Positions 50,206 to 60,835 of a stretch of 64,000 bases of DNA are shown in pieces. Origin of the DNA: Squalus acanthias (lineage: Eukaryota); NCBI GenBank assembly GCA_030390025.1, contig CM059432.1:128342001-128406000 (forward strand), in the 5' to 3' direction. The notes under the pieces were generated by a model that saw nothing but the letters and a program-made list of their open reading frames with translations, was not told the DNA's origin and ran no database searches. The position numbers and the translations under genes were made by a program. Within the stretch, counting starts at the first letter, position 1, and each line of letters opens with the position of its first letter.

Positions 50206-50917
50206 ATCTAACCAATTGTTGATGATATATGTACAGACCAGTAATCTCAAAACTGGCTAGCTTGTATAAGTGGGCCACCTGTCACCAGTAAACATAACTG
50301 TCTCTATTTCAATGGTAAGGTTGAATCTGTTTACTTTGCCTTCGGGGCAGACACTCCCTCTGAAGTCGCCTGTGGAAACTAGCTTTTTTTTTGAGGGTTG
50401 TGTGGCTTCTAGAGGCAACAGGCCTACTTTTATCAGGCAAGACTCTTCTGTGCAAGCTGTTATTTCTAGTTACTGGACAAAAATCAATGAGCATCTGGCT
50501 GAAGTACTGAGACTGAAACTGATGCCTGTAGCAGTGTGAAGGGCTGGGCTGACTTCAATAATGTCTGTAACAAGTACTTTTCAGACTGAGTCCATTTATG
50601 TCAAACATGTTCTTGGAACAAGTGTCTTGGTTTACATGAGTTTTGTATGTTAAATATTCATAGAATGTATCTCAACTTGAGCTATTCTGTTGCTCACAAT
50701 GTGTGCTACGTCCTGATAGACTTATCTGAAGGTTTCTTAAATGTTGGAATGTGGTAGGGCAGCAAGAAGTGTTGATTTTTTTTGGGATCAATTTAGCTCG
50801 AGGCGTTCGGTAAGGTGTCTCTCACAGGAGGCATGTTACCAAATTTCAGGTGTATGGATGAAGAGGCAATACAGCAGCATGGATAGAATGTTGGTTGACA
50901 GACAGGAAATAAAGGGT

Positions 50918-51181
50918 TGTTGAGGCTGCCGCGAAACACGAATGGAGGCTGAATCCATATGTGGAAAACAAGAAAACTTTAATTCACTGCATGGCACACA
51001 AAATGGCTGAGAGAGCTGCTCCCAGAATTCTCTGCTAAACTCTCCCAGAATTCTCTGGGTAAAACCTGAAGCCCCGCCCCCTTCTGCCTTAAAGGTAATG
51101 TGCCTTAAAGGGGAAGGTGCTGGAAATTTGTCCACAGACGGAAGAGTGGATTATGCCCGTTTTAGGTGGCGATCCGCCACA
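50918..51181 (-). repeat. 3' LTR
   Basis: Matches 55018-55281 except at one position I can see (51070 A vs 55170 G). Confidence 0.96.
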
Positions 51182-53876
51182 CAGCTCCCCCCAGAATCCG
51201 CATAGGAGGTGTGGACGAGACGGTGCGGCGGTCTGATGGGCCGGCCGGAGCGGCTCTTGTAGGACGCCGGTGGACGTGGAACGGCCGGGCGTGGAGCAGC
51301 CGGGTGAACCGGCTTGAGGGCAGGTCGGCCGCGTGGAGGTGGACGAGCTACAGGGACCTGCTCCCCGGGCTCCGAGTGTGCTGGCTTGAGTCGGTCCACC
51401 GACACTTTTTTGGTCCTGTCGCCCACTTGCAGGGTGAAAAATTTGTCCCCAGCCTGTAGCACCTTGTAGGGCCCGTCGTACGGGGGTTGAAGGGGTCCGC
51501 GGTGGGCGTCGTGCCGGACGAAAACAAACCGTGCCTGGTGCAGGCTTAGTGGGACGTGTGAGGTGGATTCGCCGTGTCGGGCAATGGGCACCGGGGCGAA
51601 CTGCAGCGCCGGTGAGGCGAAGTCGTGGCGTTGCTGGTCGGCTGACCAGGGTGTCGTGGCGGTGGGCAGGTACGCGCAGCGGCTGACCGTACACGAGCTC
51701 TGCTGCCGATGCGTGGAGGTCTTCTTTAACCGCGGTGCGCAGGCCGAGGAGGACTCACGGAACTCGGTCGGTCCAGGCGCCGTCTTGGAGGCTGGCTCGA
51801 CGAGATGCCTTCAAGGATCTGTGGAACCGCTCACAGTCCGTTGGCTTGGGGGTGGTATGCTGTGGTGCGGTGAATGGTCACCCCGAGATTGCGTGCGACG
51901 GCGGTCCAGAGTTCAGAGGTAAATTGCAGACCTCTGTCCGACGTCATGTCGGACGGGACGCCGAACCGTGCGACCCAGGTGCTGACGAAGGCTCTGGCGA
52001 TGTCGGCGGTGGTGGTAGAGGTCAGTGGAATTGCCTCAGGCCAGCGTGTGGTGCGGTCAACGATGGTCAGCAAGTGCGTGTGGCCTTGCGACGGCGGCAG
52101 GGGCCCGACGATGTCCACGTGGATGTGGTCGAATCTCCGCGAGGGGACGGTAAACTCCTCGAGGGGTGCTTTCGTGTGTTGCTGTACCTTGGCCCGTTGG
52201 CAGGCTAGGCAGGAGTTGGCCCAAGTACGCACATCCTTGCGAAGGCCGCGCCAGACAAAGCGGTTGGCTACCAATTTGATGGATGCGCCGGGGTGGGAGA
52301 GGTTGTGGAGAATGTCGAATACCCGGCGGCGCCAGGACGCTGGGACGACGGGCCGAGGTTGACATAGGGATATGCCGCACTTGACCGTGACTGCGGTCGG
52401 GCCACAGGCGACGTTGGCCAGGCGTAGCCCTGGTAGGTTGGTGGGTGCGGAGAGCAGATCAGGTTCGGTGATCTGGTCTGCTGCGAGTTGAGCGTAGTCG
52501 ACTGCTAGGTGTGCGGCGTGGATGGCGGGGCGGGAGAGGCAGTCGGCTACCACATTGTCTCGGCCGGAGACGTGTTGGATGTCCGTGGTGAACTCGGACA
52601 CTGCTGCGAGCTGGCGCTGCTGCCTGGCGGACCAGGGGTCGGTTGTCTTTGCCATTGCGAATGTCAGGGGCTTGTGGTCGACAAACGCAGTGAAGGGGTG
52701 GCCCTCAAGCAAAAACCGGAAATGGCGGACCGCCAGGAACAGCGCGAGGAGCTCGCGGTCGAAGGTGCTGTACTTGACCTCCAAGGGGCGTAGTTGGCGG
52801 CTGAAGAAGGCAAGTGGTTGCCAGGCGCCGTCGACCCACTGCTCATACACAGCGCCGACCGTGTGGTCGGAGGCGTCCGTGGTGAGCGCTACCCTGGCAT
52901 TGGGCTGTGGGTGCGCGAGCAGGGTGGCGTTGGCGAGCGCGGTCTTGGTGGAATCGAAGGCGGCGGACGCGTCTGCCGTCCATTCGACCGCCATCTTGCC
53001 GCTCCTGCCCCGGAGGGCTTCATACAGGGGCCTCATGAGGGACGCCGCTTTGGGGATGAAGCGGTTATAGAAATTCACCATCCCGAGGAACTCCTGGAGG
53101 CCTTTGATGGTGGTGGGGCGGGGAAATTGTTGGACGGCCTGCACCTTGGTGGGCAGGGGAATGGCCCCAGCATGGGTGATGTGGTGGCCGAGGAAGTCGA
53201 TCTTGTCCAGGCCGAACTGGCATTTGGCTGGGCTGAGGATGAGCCCGTGGTCGCTGAGGCGCCTGAACAGGATGCGAAGGTGTTCGAGGTGTTCCTGCTT
53301 GGAGGAACTGGCTACCAGGATGTCGTCCAGGTAGACGAACAGGAACTTCAGGTCCCGAAGGACCGAGTCCATGAGCCGTTGGAATGCCTGGGCCGCGTTT
53401 TTGAGGCCGAAGGGCATCCGCAGGAACTCGAACAGGCCGAAGGGGGTGATTACGGCCGTCTTGGGGACGTCTGCGGGGTGGACGGGGACTTGGTGGTAGC
53501 CGCGCACCAGGTCGACCTTGGAAAAGACTGAGCGGCCGGCCAGTCTAGCCGAGAAGTCCTGAATGTGCGGCACGGGGTACCGATCAGGGGTGGTGGCGTC
53601 GTTGAGGCGGCGGTAATCCCCGCAGGGTCGCCAACCTCCGCCTGGTTTGGGGGCGATGTGGAGTGGGGAGGCCCAGGGACTGTTGGAGCGGCGGATGATG
53701 CCGAGCTGTTCCATGGTGGCAAACTCGGTCCGCGCGATCTCCAGTTTGGCCGGGTCCAGCCTGCGGGCGTGGGCCTGTGGTGGGGATGAAGTGTTCCACC
53801 CCGTGTTTGGCAGCCTCCGTGGAGAAAGTCGGATTGGTAAGGACCGGGAATTCGGCCAGGAGTGCCGAGTAGTCAT
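51151..53876 (-). pseudogene. pol: Gypsy pol: RT, RNase H, integrase with GPY/F tail; frameshifted
   Basis: SPWASPL, CGDYRRLN, YLDD, TTDASD, DRELLA, HHCC zinc motif, HVDIVGP...SDRG..F, PYDGPYKV. Lesions near 53780, 51833, 51756 (TGA) and 51668. Confidence 0.93.
51185..51192 (-). other. Polypurine tract
   Basis: GGGGGGAG lies 3 nt upstream of the 3' LTR. Confidence 0.75.
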
Positions 53877-54300
53877 CCGTGGCCTGGGCGTGGCACTGAC
53901 GCCATGTCGCGGGTTGACGGGGGGCCATGGCGCCCAGGATGGGGGACATGGTGTTCATGTCCACGAGGCGGTGACGAGGGATGTCTACCAGTAGGCCGTG
54001 GGCGCACAGGAAATCTGCGCCGATGAGGGGGGAGAGCACCTTGGCAGTGATGAACTCCCATCGGTAGCGGTGACCAGCGAGGTTGAGGGTGACTGTCCGG
54101 GTGCCATACGTCCAGATTTCCGAGCCGTTAGCAGCAGCCAGCGCCGGTCCTCGTTCGCCCTTTTGGATGTCGAGGGAGGAGGCCGGGATGATGCTGTGCT
54201 GAGCCCCAGTGTCGCACAGGAACCGGCGGCCGGTTTTGTCATCCGTGACTAACAGCAGGGAGCCCGCGTGGCCCACGGCCATCGCGGGGGCTGGAACGGG
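53780..54300 (-). CDS. Gypsy aspartic protease segment of pol
   Basis: FLCDTGAQHSII and LIGADFL in ORF 53584-54330, in the -1 frame relative to gag. Confidence 0.88.
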
Positions 54301-54977
54301 GCGGACTTGAAAGAGCAGGGAGGTGTGCACCGTTGTGCCCTGGCGCCGAACCGTGCGTGGTAGTAACAGTGGCCCGGGTTAGTGGGGCGCGAAGGCCCCG
54401 TGGGCCTGGTGACAGGCCCTTGTGGCCGTGTGCTGGATGGTGAGGGGCGCGCCCAGGCATTGGCTGCCAGGTCCGGAGTGACGTTGCGGCTGGAGTGAGC
54501 GGACAGCAGCTTGTCGGCCTCATCGGCCAGGGCTTCCAGGTTCGTGAGGCCGGACGCCACGATCGCTGGGCGGATGCTGAGAGGGAGCTGGCGGATGAAC
54601 AGCGTGCGGAAGAGGGATCCGGGTGGGCTCTCGTCGGTGAGGGAGAGCATGTGGGAGAGGAGGTCTGACGGTGAGGCATCACCGAGGCCTGGAAGGTCGA
54701 GGAGGTGGCAGTTTCGCTGATATGCCGAGGCCGTAAATTTTTTAAGGAGCGCTGTTCTGAGATGTGCGTACTTGCCTTCCTCTGGTGGGTTCTGCAGCGT
54801 TGTCCAAACCTTGGAAACTGCGGCGCTACTGAGTGATGTGACGAGATAGTTGTACTTCGTCCCATCTGTGGTGATATTTCGCAGCCGGAAGCGAGATTCA
54901 GCTTGGAGAAACCAGGCTTCGGGCTGGTTTTCCCAAAACTCCGGCAGTTTCATGGAAACTGCGTTCGTGTCCGCCAT
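54249..54977 (-). CDS. gag: Gypsy Gag with CHCC knuckle (242 aa)
   Basis: KLPEFW...PEAWF.QAE..F N-terminus and CYYH-x9-C-x3-C motif. The ATG lies just downstream of the PBS. Confidence 0.9.
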   Translation of the reverse strand: MADTNAVSMKLPEFWENQPEAWFLQAESRFRLRNITTDGTKYNYLVTSLSSAAVSKVWTTLQNPPEEGKYAHLRTALLKKFTASAYQRNCHLLDLPGLGDASPSDLLSHMLSLTDESPPGSLFRTLFIRQLPLSIRPAIVASGLTNLEALADEADKLLSAHSSRNVTPDLAANAWARPSPSSTRPQGPVTRPTGPSRPTNPGHCYYHARFGARAQRCTPPCSFKSAPFQPPRWPWATRAPCC

Positions 54978-55002
54978 TGCAGTGCTCGGAATACGTTCTG
55001 AG

Positions 55003-55016
55003 CGTCGGGGTCACCA
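55003..55016 (-). other. Primer binding site, tRNA-Trp
   Basis: TGGTGACCCCGACG sits 1 nt after the 5' LTR and is complementary to the tRNA-Trp 3' end. Confidence 0.9.
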
Positions 55017-55017
55017 A

Positions 55018-55281
55018 TGTTGAGGCTGCCGCGAAACACGAATGGAGGCTGAATCCATATGTGGAAAACAAGAAAACTTTAATTCACTGCATGGCACACA
55101 AAATGGCTGAGAGAGCTGCTCCCAGAATTCTCTGCTAAACTCTCCCAGAATTCTCTGGGTAAAACCTGAGGCCCCGCCCCCTTCTGCCTTAAAGGTAATG
55201 TGCCTTAAAGGGGAAGGTGCTGGAAATTTGTCCACAGACGGAAGAGTGGATTATGCCCGTTTTAGGTGGCGATCCGCCACA
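55018..55281 (-). repeat. 5' LTR
   Basis: TG...CA termini; contains a GC box and ATTAAA on the element strand. Confidence 0.96.
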
Positions 55282-56084
55282 TGGTTATGTTTAATGATTT
55301 GCTCGGATTAGAGAAGGGTTGGAAGTGGTATAGCCCGGGGTCAATGATGGGTCAACTTTTGTTCCTTGTGAGTATCTATAGATGATTTCGACTTGGGCAT
55401 AGGGAGTTCAATTTCAAAATTTGCTGAATACACAAATAGAGGGTTTGGCAAACAGTAAGGAGGAATGTAAAAGACTTTAGGAGAACGTAGACAGGTTAGT
55501 AGAATGAATAGCTGTCAAATGCCATTTTTTGTGGAGATGGGTGAGGAAATATATTTTGGGAGGAAAAATCAAGGAATCTGACTATCCAGTCAATGGAATA
55601 CACTGAATACACTGAAGATTATGGATGGACAGAGACAGGGTTCAAATAATTACCTCCCTGAAGGTGCGAGTGCAGATAGATAAGCTATTTTTAAAATAAA
55701 AGCTAAAAACATTTTGGTTGTATAAATAGGGGCATGGAGTACAAGAGTAAAGAAGTTATACATTGATACAAAACATTTAATCAGCCACAGTTGGAGTATT
55801 GTGTGCAGTTTAGGATGTCCCATTATAGAAAGGATATTAAAGCTGTAGAGATTGTACAGTGTAAATTCACCGGGATGATGCCAGGGATGGGAAACTGTAG
55901 TTAGGAGGAGAGACTTGGGATACTGGAAATATTTTCAATGGAGCAGAGAAGACATGGAGGAAATTTACGAGTTTTTTAAATTATGTGAAGGGTTTTGATA
56001 AGACAAACGGGGAAAGATGATTTCCTCTGGTGGGGAAGTCCGTGATGAAGGGGTTACCAATTTTAAATTGCTATTAATTATGAG
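55282..56084 (+). mobile_element. Old CR1 hosting both the Gypsy and the Penelope (other pieces ~50690-50917 and 58341-58595)
   Basis: Degenerate ORF2 3' motifs are collinear across both insertions. Confidence 0.75.
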
Positions 56085-56175
56085 TCATGATGTGGAGATG
56101 CCGGCGTTGGACTGGGGTGGACAAAAATGAGAAGTCGCACAACACCAGGTTATAGTCCAACAGATTTATTTAATT

Positions 56176-56214
56176 TTACAAGCTTTCGGAGCAGTTCGCT
56201 CCTTCGTCAGGTAA
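56176..56214 (-). ncRNA. Minimal type I hammerhead ribozyme
   Basis: UUAC-CUGACGA-A-GGAGC-GAACU-GCUCC-GAAA-GC-UU-GUAA. Confidence 0.78.
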
Positions 56215-56434
56215 GTTTAGCAGTGAGAGAATCTCCCAGAATTCACAATTTAAACACAGACAAAATATATTCAAATCTTTCCCTACATCAAAGAGCATAG
56301 CCAAGACAATGAGATGTGTCCCAGGGGGTCCAACTTGTCAAACCACCTGCTGGCTGCATATCCTGTCAATCTGTGTAGGTTCTTGTGTTAGACTTTAAAA
56401 AAAAACACCTGGGAAGACCGGCCATGATGTCAAG

Positions 56435-57496
56435 TCACGTTCTGTATCGTGACATGAACCCGATATCGCGATTGAGGCCATCCTCATGAGTGCGGAACTT
56501 GGCTATCAGTTTCTGCTCTATGATTTTGCGCTGTCGTGTATCTCGAAGGCCGCCTTGGAGAACGCTTACCCGCATATCCGAGGCTGAATGCCCCTGGCTG
56601 CTGAAGTGTTCCCCGACTGGGAGGCAACCCTCCTGCCTGGCAATTGTTGCGCGGTGTCCGTTCATACGTTGTCTCAGTGTCTGCATGGTCTCGCCGATGT
56701 ACCATGCTCTGGAGCATCCTTTACTGCAACGTATCAGGTAGACAACGTTGGCCGAGTCACATGAGTATGTACCGTGTACCTGGTGGGTAGTGTCCTCACG
56801 TGTGATGATGGTATCTGTGTCCATGATTTGGCATGTCTTGCAGAGGTTGCCGTGGCAGGGTTGTGTGGTGTCTTGGTTGCTGTTCGCCTGAAAGATGGGT
56901 AATCTGCTGCGAACGATGGTACTTTTGAGGTTAGGCGGCTGCTTGAAGGCGAGTAGTGGAGGCGTGGGGATGGCCTTAGCAAGGTGTTCGTCGTCATCGA
57001 TGACATGTTGAAGGCTGCGAAGAACATGGCGTAGTTTTTCCGCTCCGGGGAAGTACTGGACGACGTAGGGTACTCTGTTGGTTGTGTCCCGTGTTCGTCT
57101 TCTGAGGAGGTCTATGCGGTTTTTCGCTGTGGCCCGTCGGAACTGTCGATCGACGAGTCGAACGTCATATCCCGTTCTTATGAGGGCGTCTTTCAGTGTC
57201 CGTAGGTGTCCATCGCGTTCCTCCTCGTCTGAGCAGATCCTGTGTATTCGCAGGGCTTGTCCATAGGGGATGGCTTCTTTAACGTGGTTAGGGTGGAAGC
57301 TGGAGAAGTGGAGCATCGTGAGGTTGTCCGTGGGCTTGCGGTAGAGTGAAGTGCTGAGGCGTCCGTCTTTGATGGAGATTCGTGTGTCCAAGAATGAAAC
57401 CGATTCTGAGGAGTAGTCCATGGTGAGTTTGATGGTGGGATGGAACCTGTTGATGCTATCGTGTAGTCCTTTCAGTGATCCTTCGCCGTGGGTCCA
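56435..57496 (-). CDS. PLE polyprotein C-terminal part: RT end/thumb, Cys-rich linker, GIY-YIG endonuclease (5'-truncated, frame open)
   Basis: FLDTRI...YRKPTD, SSFHP, PCHGNLCKTC, VVYLIRC...YIGET...RMNGHR, EQKLI...GLNRD. Confidence 0.92.
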   Translation of the reverse strand, partial: WTHGEGSLKGLHDSINRFHPTIKLTMDYSSESVSFLDTRISIKDGRLSTSLYRKPTDNLTMLHFSSFHPNHVKEAIPYGQALRIHRICSDEEERDGHLRTLKDALIRTGYDVRLVDRQFRRATAKNRIDLLRRRTRDTTNRVPYVVQYFPGAEKLRHVLRSLQHVIDDDEHLAKAIPTPPLLAFKQPPNLKSTIVRSRLPIFQANSNQDTTQPCHGNLCKTCQIMDTDTIITREDTTHQVHGTYSCDSANVVYLIRCSKGCSRAWYIGETMQTLRQRMNGHRATIARQEGCLPVGEHFSSQGHSASDMRVSVLQGGLRDTRQRKIIEQKLIAKFRTHEDGLNRDIGFMSRYRT

Positions 57497-58019
57497 CTAC
57501 TCGCCTTCAAGCAGCCGTCTAACCTCAAAAGTACCATCGTTCGCAGCAGATTACCCATCTTTCAGGCGAACAGCAACCAAGACACCACACAACCCTGCCA
57601 CGGCAACCTCTGCAAGACATGCCAAATCATGGACACAGATACCATCATCACACGTGAGGACACTACCCACCAGGTACACGGTGCCATACTCATGTGACTC
57701 GGCCAACGTTGTCTACCTGATACGTTGCAGTAAAGGATGCTCCAGAGCATGGTACATCGGCGAGACCATGCAGACACTGAGACAACGTATGAACGGACAC
57801 CGCGCAACAATCGCCAGGCAGGAGGGTTGCCTCCCAGTCGGGGAACACTTCAGCAGCCAGGGGCATTCAGCCTCGGATATGCGGGTAAGCGTTCTCCAAG
57901 GCGGCCTTCGAGATACACGACAGCGCAAAATCATAGAGCAGAAACTGATAGCCAAGTTCCGCACTCATGAGGATGGCCTCAATCGCGATATCGGGTTCAT
58001 GTCACGATACAGAACGTGA
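57493..58019 (+). pseudogene. Inverted duplicate of the PLE linker and GIY-YIG domain, with a 1-nt frameshift near 57684
   Basis: Peptide identical to the minus-strand ORF on each side of the indel. Confidence 0.88.
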
Positions 58020-58242
58020 CTTGACATCATGGCCGGTCTTCCCAGGTGTTTTTTTTAAAAAAAGACTAACACAAGAACCTACACAGATTGACAGGATATG
58101 CAGCCAGCAGGTGGTTTGACAAGTTGGACCCCCTGGGACACATCTCATTGTCTTGGCTATGCTCTTTGATGTAGGGAAAGATTTGAATATATTTTGTCTG
58201 TGTTTAAATTGTGAATTCTGGGAGATTCTCTCACTGCTAAAC

Positions 58243-58281
58243 TTACCTGACGAAGGAGCGAACTGCTCCGAAAGCTTGTAA
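58243..58281 (+). ncRNA. Minimal type I hammerhead ribozyme
   Basis: Core CTGACGA 58247-58253, stem II 58255-58259/58265-58269, GAAA 58270-58273, stem I TTAC/GTAA. Predicted cut after 58277. Confidence 0.78.
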
Positions 58282-58929
58282 AATTAAATAAATCTGTTGG
58301 ACTATAACCTGGTGTTGTGCGACTTCTCATTAATTATGAGGGTATAGGTTAGGAGAAATTTGTTCAGAGGGTTTTTGGAGCATGGAGTGCTTTGCCACAG
58401 AGAGTGGTTGAAGTAGGAACCATTGCATCTTATAAGGGAAAAATGGATAAATATTTGAAGCAGAGGATGATTCATGGTGACGGGGACTGAGGAGCAGGGC
58501 AGTGGGTATTTTTTTGGATTGCTCTAGCAAAGAACTGGCACAGAGATGATTGGTCGAATGGCTTCTTACTGTTTTGTGAACTTCCATGGTTCTTAGTGTA
58601 TCCCTGCTTTCCCCCACTCCATCTAAAAATACTCACCTTTGGGGACACTGGTTAAGTGGCTTAATTGTTTATAATTTGAGCATTCATAAAGTTCATTAAA
58701 CCACATTACTGTGTTGGAATGACTGGCTTGATGCATTCTACATAGGCAGACTCTTACAGTAGATAACTATTACGCCATTGTTCTTTGAGCTATACTGGAA
58801 GTTTGAGAAACAATTTATTCTCTCTTCAGTTTGAATTTACTATGAAGGTAAATCCTTTTTAAGTGGGAGTGGAAAATCCACGCAGTTAAGCCAAAAAGTG
58901 TGAGAAAAAGACCAGCATGGGTAAGGTGG

Positions 58930-60835
58930 GGACAGTTACTCAGAGTTCTGTACACAAATACATGTAGCATAAGAAATAAAACAAGTGAGTTAGTAGAAAT
59001 TCAGCTTAAACGGTATGATGTAGTAGCCATTACGGAGACCTGGCTATGAACTGGGAATGATTGGGAACTGAATATTCCAAGCTTAATATCCTGGGCTATA
59101 AGTTCTTTAGAAAGGACGGGGAAATTGGGAAATGAGGAGGAGTAGCAGTAATGATAAGATATAATTACAGCAGTAGAAAGGAGGGATTTCAGTAAGGGTG
59201 ATCAGACAGTGGGAACACTGGGTATAATTAAGGAACTACAAAGGATGCAAGACTCTGGTAGGATTGTCTGCAGACCACCTGGTAGTAGTGTAGTGGTAGT
59301 GTGTATCAATATGGAAACCAGGGAAGCATGTAACAAAAACAATGTGGTTATAATGGGAGATTTACATTTTCATATAGACTGGGAAAAGCAGAACAGCTCA
59401 AGTAGTAAAGGCAAATACATTATCGAATGTATTTTTTTTTTATTCGTTCCTTTCCTGGGATGTGGGCGTTGCTGGCAAGGCCAGCATTTATTGCCCATCC
59501 CTAATTGCCCTTGAGACAGTGCTGGTGAGCCGCCGCCTTGAACCGCTGCAGTCCGCGTGGTGAAGGTACTCCCATAGTGCTGTTAGGGAGGGTGTTCCAG
59601 GATTTTGACCCAGCAACTATGAAGGAACAGCGATATATTTCCAAGTCAGGATGGTGTGTGACTTGGAGGGAATCTTGGAGGTGGTGGTGTTCCCATGCGC
59701 CTGCTGCCCTTGTCCTTCTAGGTGGTAGAGCTCGTGGGTTTGGGAGAAACTTTCGAAGAAGCCTTGGCGAGTTGCTGCAGTGTATCTTGTAGATGGTACA
59801 CACTGCAGCCATGGTGCGCCATTGGTGGAGGGAGTGAATGTTTAAGGTGGTGGATAGGGTGCCAATCAAGCAGGCTGCTTTGTCCTGGATGATGTTGAGC
59901 TTCTTGAGTGTTGTTGGAGCTGCACTCATCCAGGCAAGTGGAGAGTATTCCATCACACTCCTGACTTGTGCCTTGTAGATGGTGGAAAGGGGGAGTCAGG
60001 AGGTGAGACACTCGCCGCAGAATACCCAGCCTCTGACCTGCTCTTGTAGCCACAGTATTTATGTGGCTGGTCCAGTTAAGTTCTGGTCAATGGTGACCCC
60101 CCCCAGGATGTTGATGATGTTGCAATAATTTTCTAGAATAATATGCTTTGGAATGGACAATGGAACAGGCCATACTAGATTTAGTGATGAGTAATGAGCC
60201 AGAATTAGTAAACAATCTTAACAGTAAGGGAACATGAGAATTGTGACCATAATATGATTTGAATTTGATACTAGATTTGAGAGGGAGAAGGGAGTCACAA
60301 AACCGTAAAGTAAGCAAACTTCGAAGGGATGAGAAATGAATTGACCACAGTAAACTAGGCTGAACTATTAATGGGTAAACCTACAGACAAATAGTGGGAA
60401 GCATTCAAAGAAGTATCTGGTATGATACAAAACCGGTACATACCCCTAAAAGGCAAAAGCTCCACTTGTGTAGTCAACAAATAAGAGACAGTATCAAGCT
60501 AAAAGAAAAGGCTTGCACAAATGCAAGGAAGAGTGGAAATCCAGCAGGCTGGAAGAGCTGTAAAAAGCAACAAAGGGATACAAAGGGGAATGCAGACCCA
60601 TGAAAGACACATGCAGGTGAGACTATAATGGACAAAATAAGGAAATATTAGTCTTGTTAAATTAGTACTTTGTATCTGTTTTCACAGTGGAGGAAGAGGA
60701 CAAAATACCAGTGGTACCAGTAAACCTAAAAATAAGTCAAAGGGAGGATGTATTTAATATAAGTATATAAAAAAAAAAGTAATGGAGAAAGGAGAAATTG
60801 ATTAACTACAGACCTGTCAGTTTAACATCAGTTGT
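58930..60835 (+). mobile_element. Old CR1 endonuclease/tether region, interrupted by 59445-60120
   Basis: Degenerate YTN..SIRNK, ITETW, RPP, IMGD, LDLV and YRPVSLTSV motifs. Confidence 0.7.
59445..60120 (-). mobile_element. 3' portion of the second CR1/L2-group LINE family
   Basis: ORF 59501-59956 (MEYSPLAWMSAAPTTLKKL...LKGN*) plus the shared tail. Confidence 0.85.

Larger units (their letters stand above)
50918..55281 (-). mobile_element. Ty3/Gypsy LTR retrotransposon, CsRn1/kabuki-like, full-length with disrupted pol
   Basis: Two 264-bp TG...CA LTRs, PBS, PPT and gag-PR-RT-RH-IN order. Imperfect 4-bp TSD GGGT/TGGT. Confidence 0.96.
56085..58331. mobile_element. Penelope-like element (probably Neptune-type): 5'-truncated minus-strand copy 56085-57496 plus inverted copy 57493-58331
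   Basis: ~835-bp inverted arms (56126-56960 / 57493-58331). TSD ATTAATTATGAG at 56073-56084 and 58329-58340. A 41-nt tail is present only on the left arm. Confidence 0.95.

Noticed and set aside
51563..54720. Plus-strand ORFs inside the Gypsy element
   Set aside because: Antisense shadows of GC-rich gag-pol; no domain evidence.
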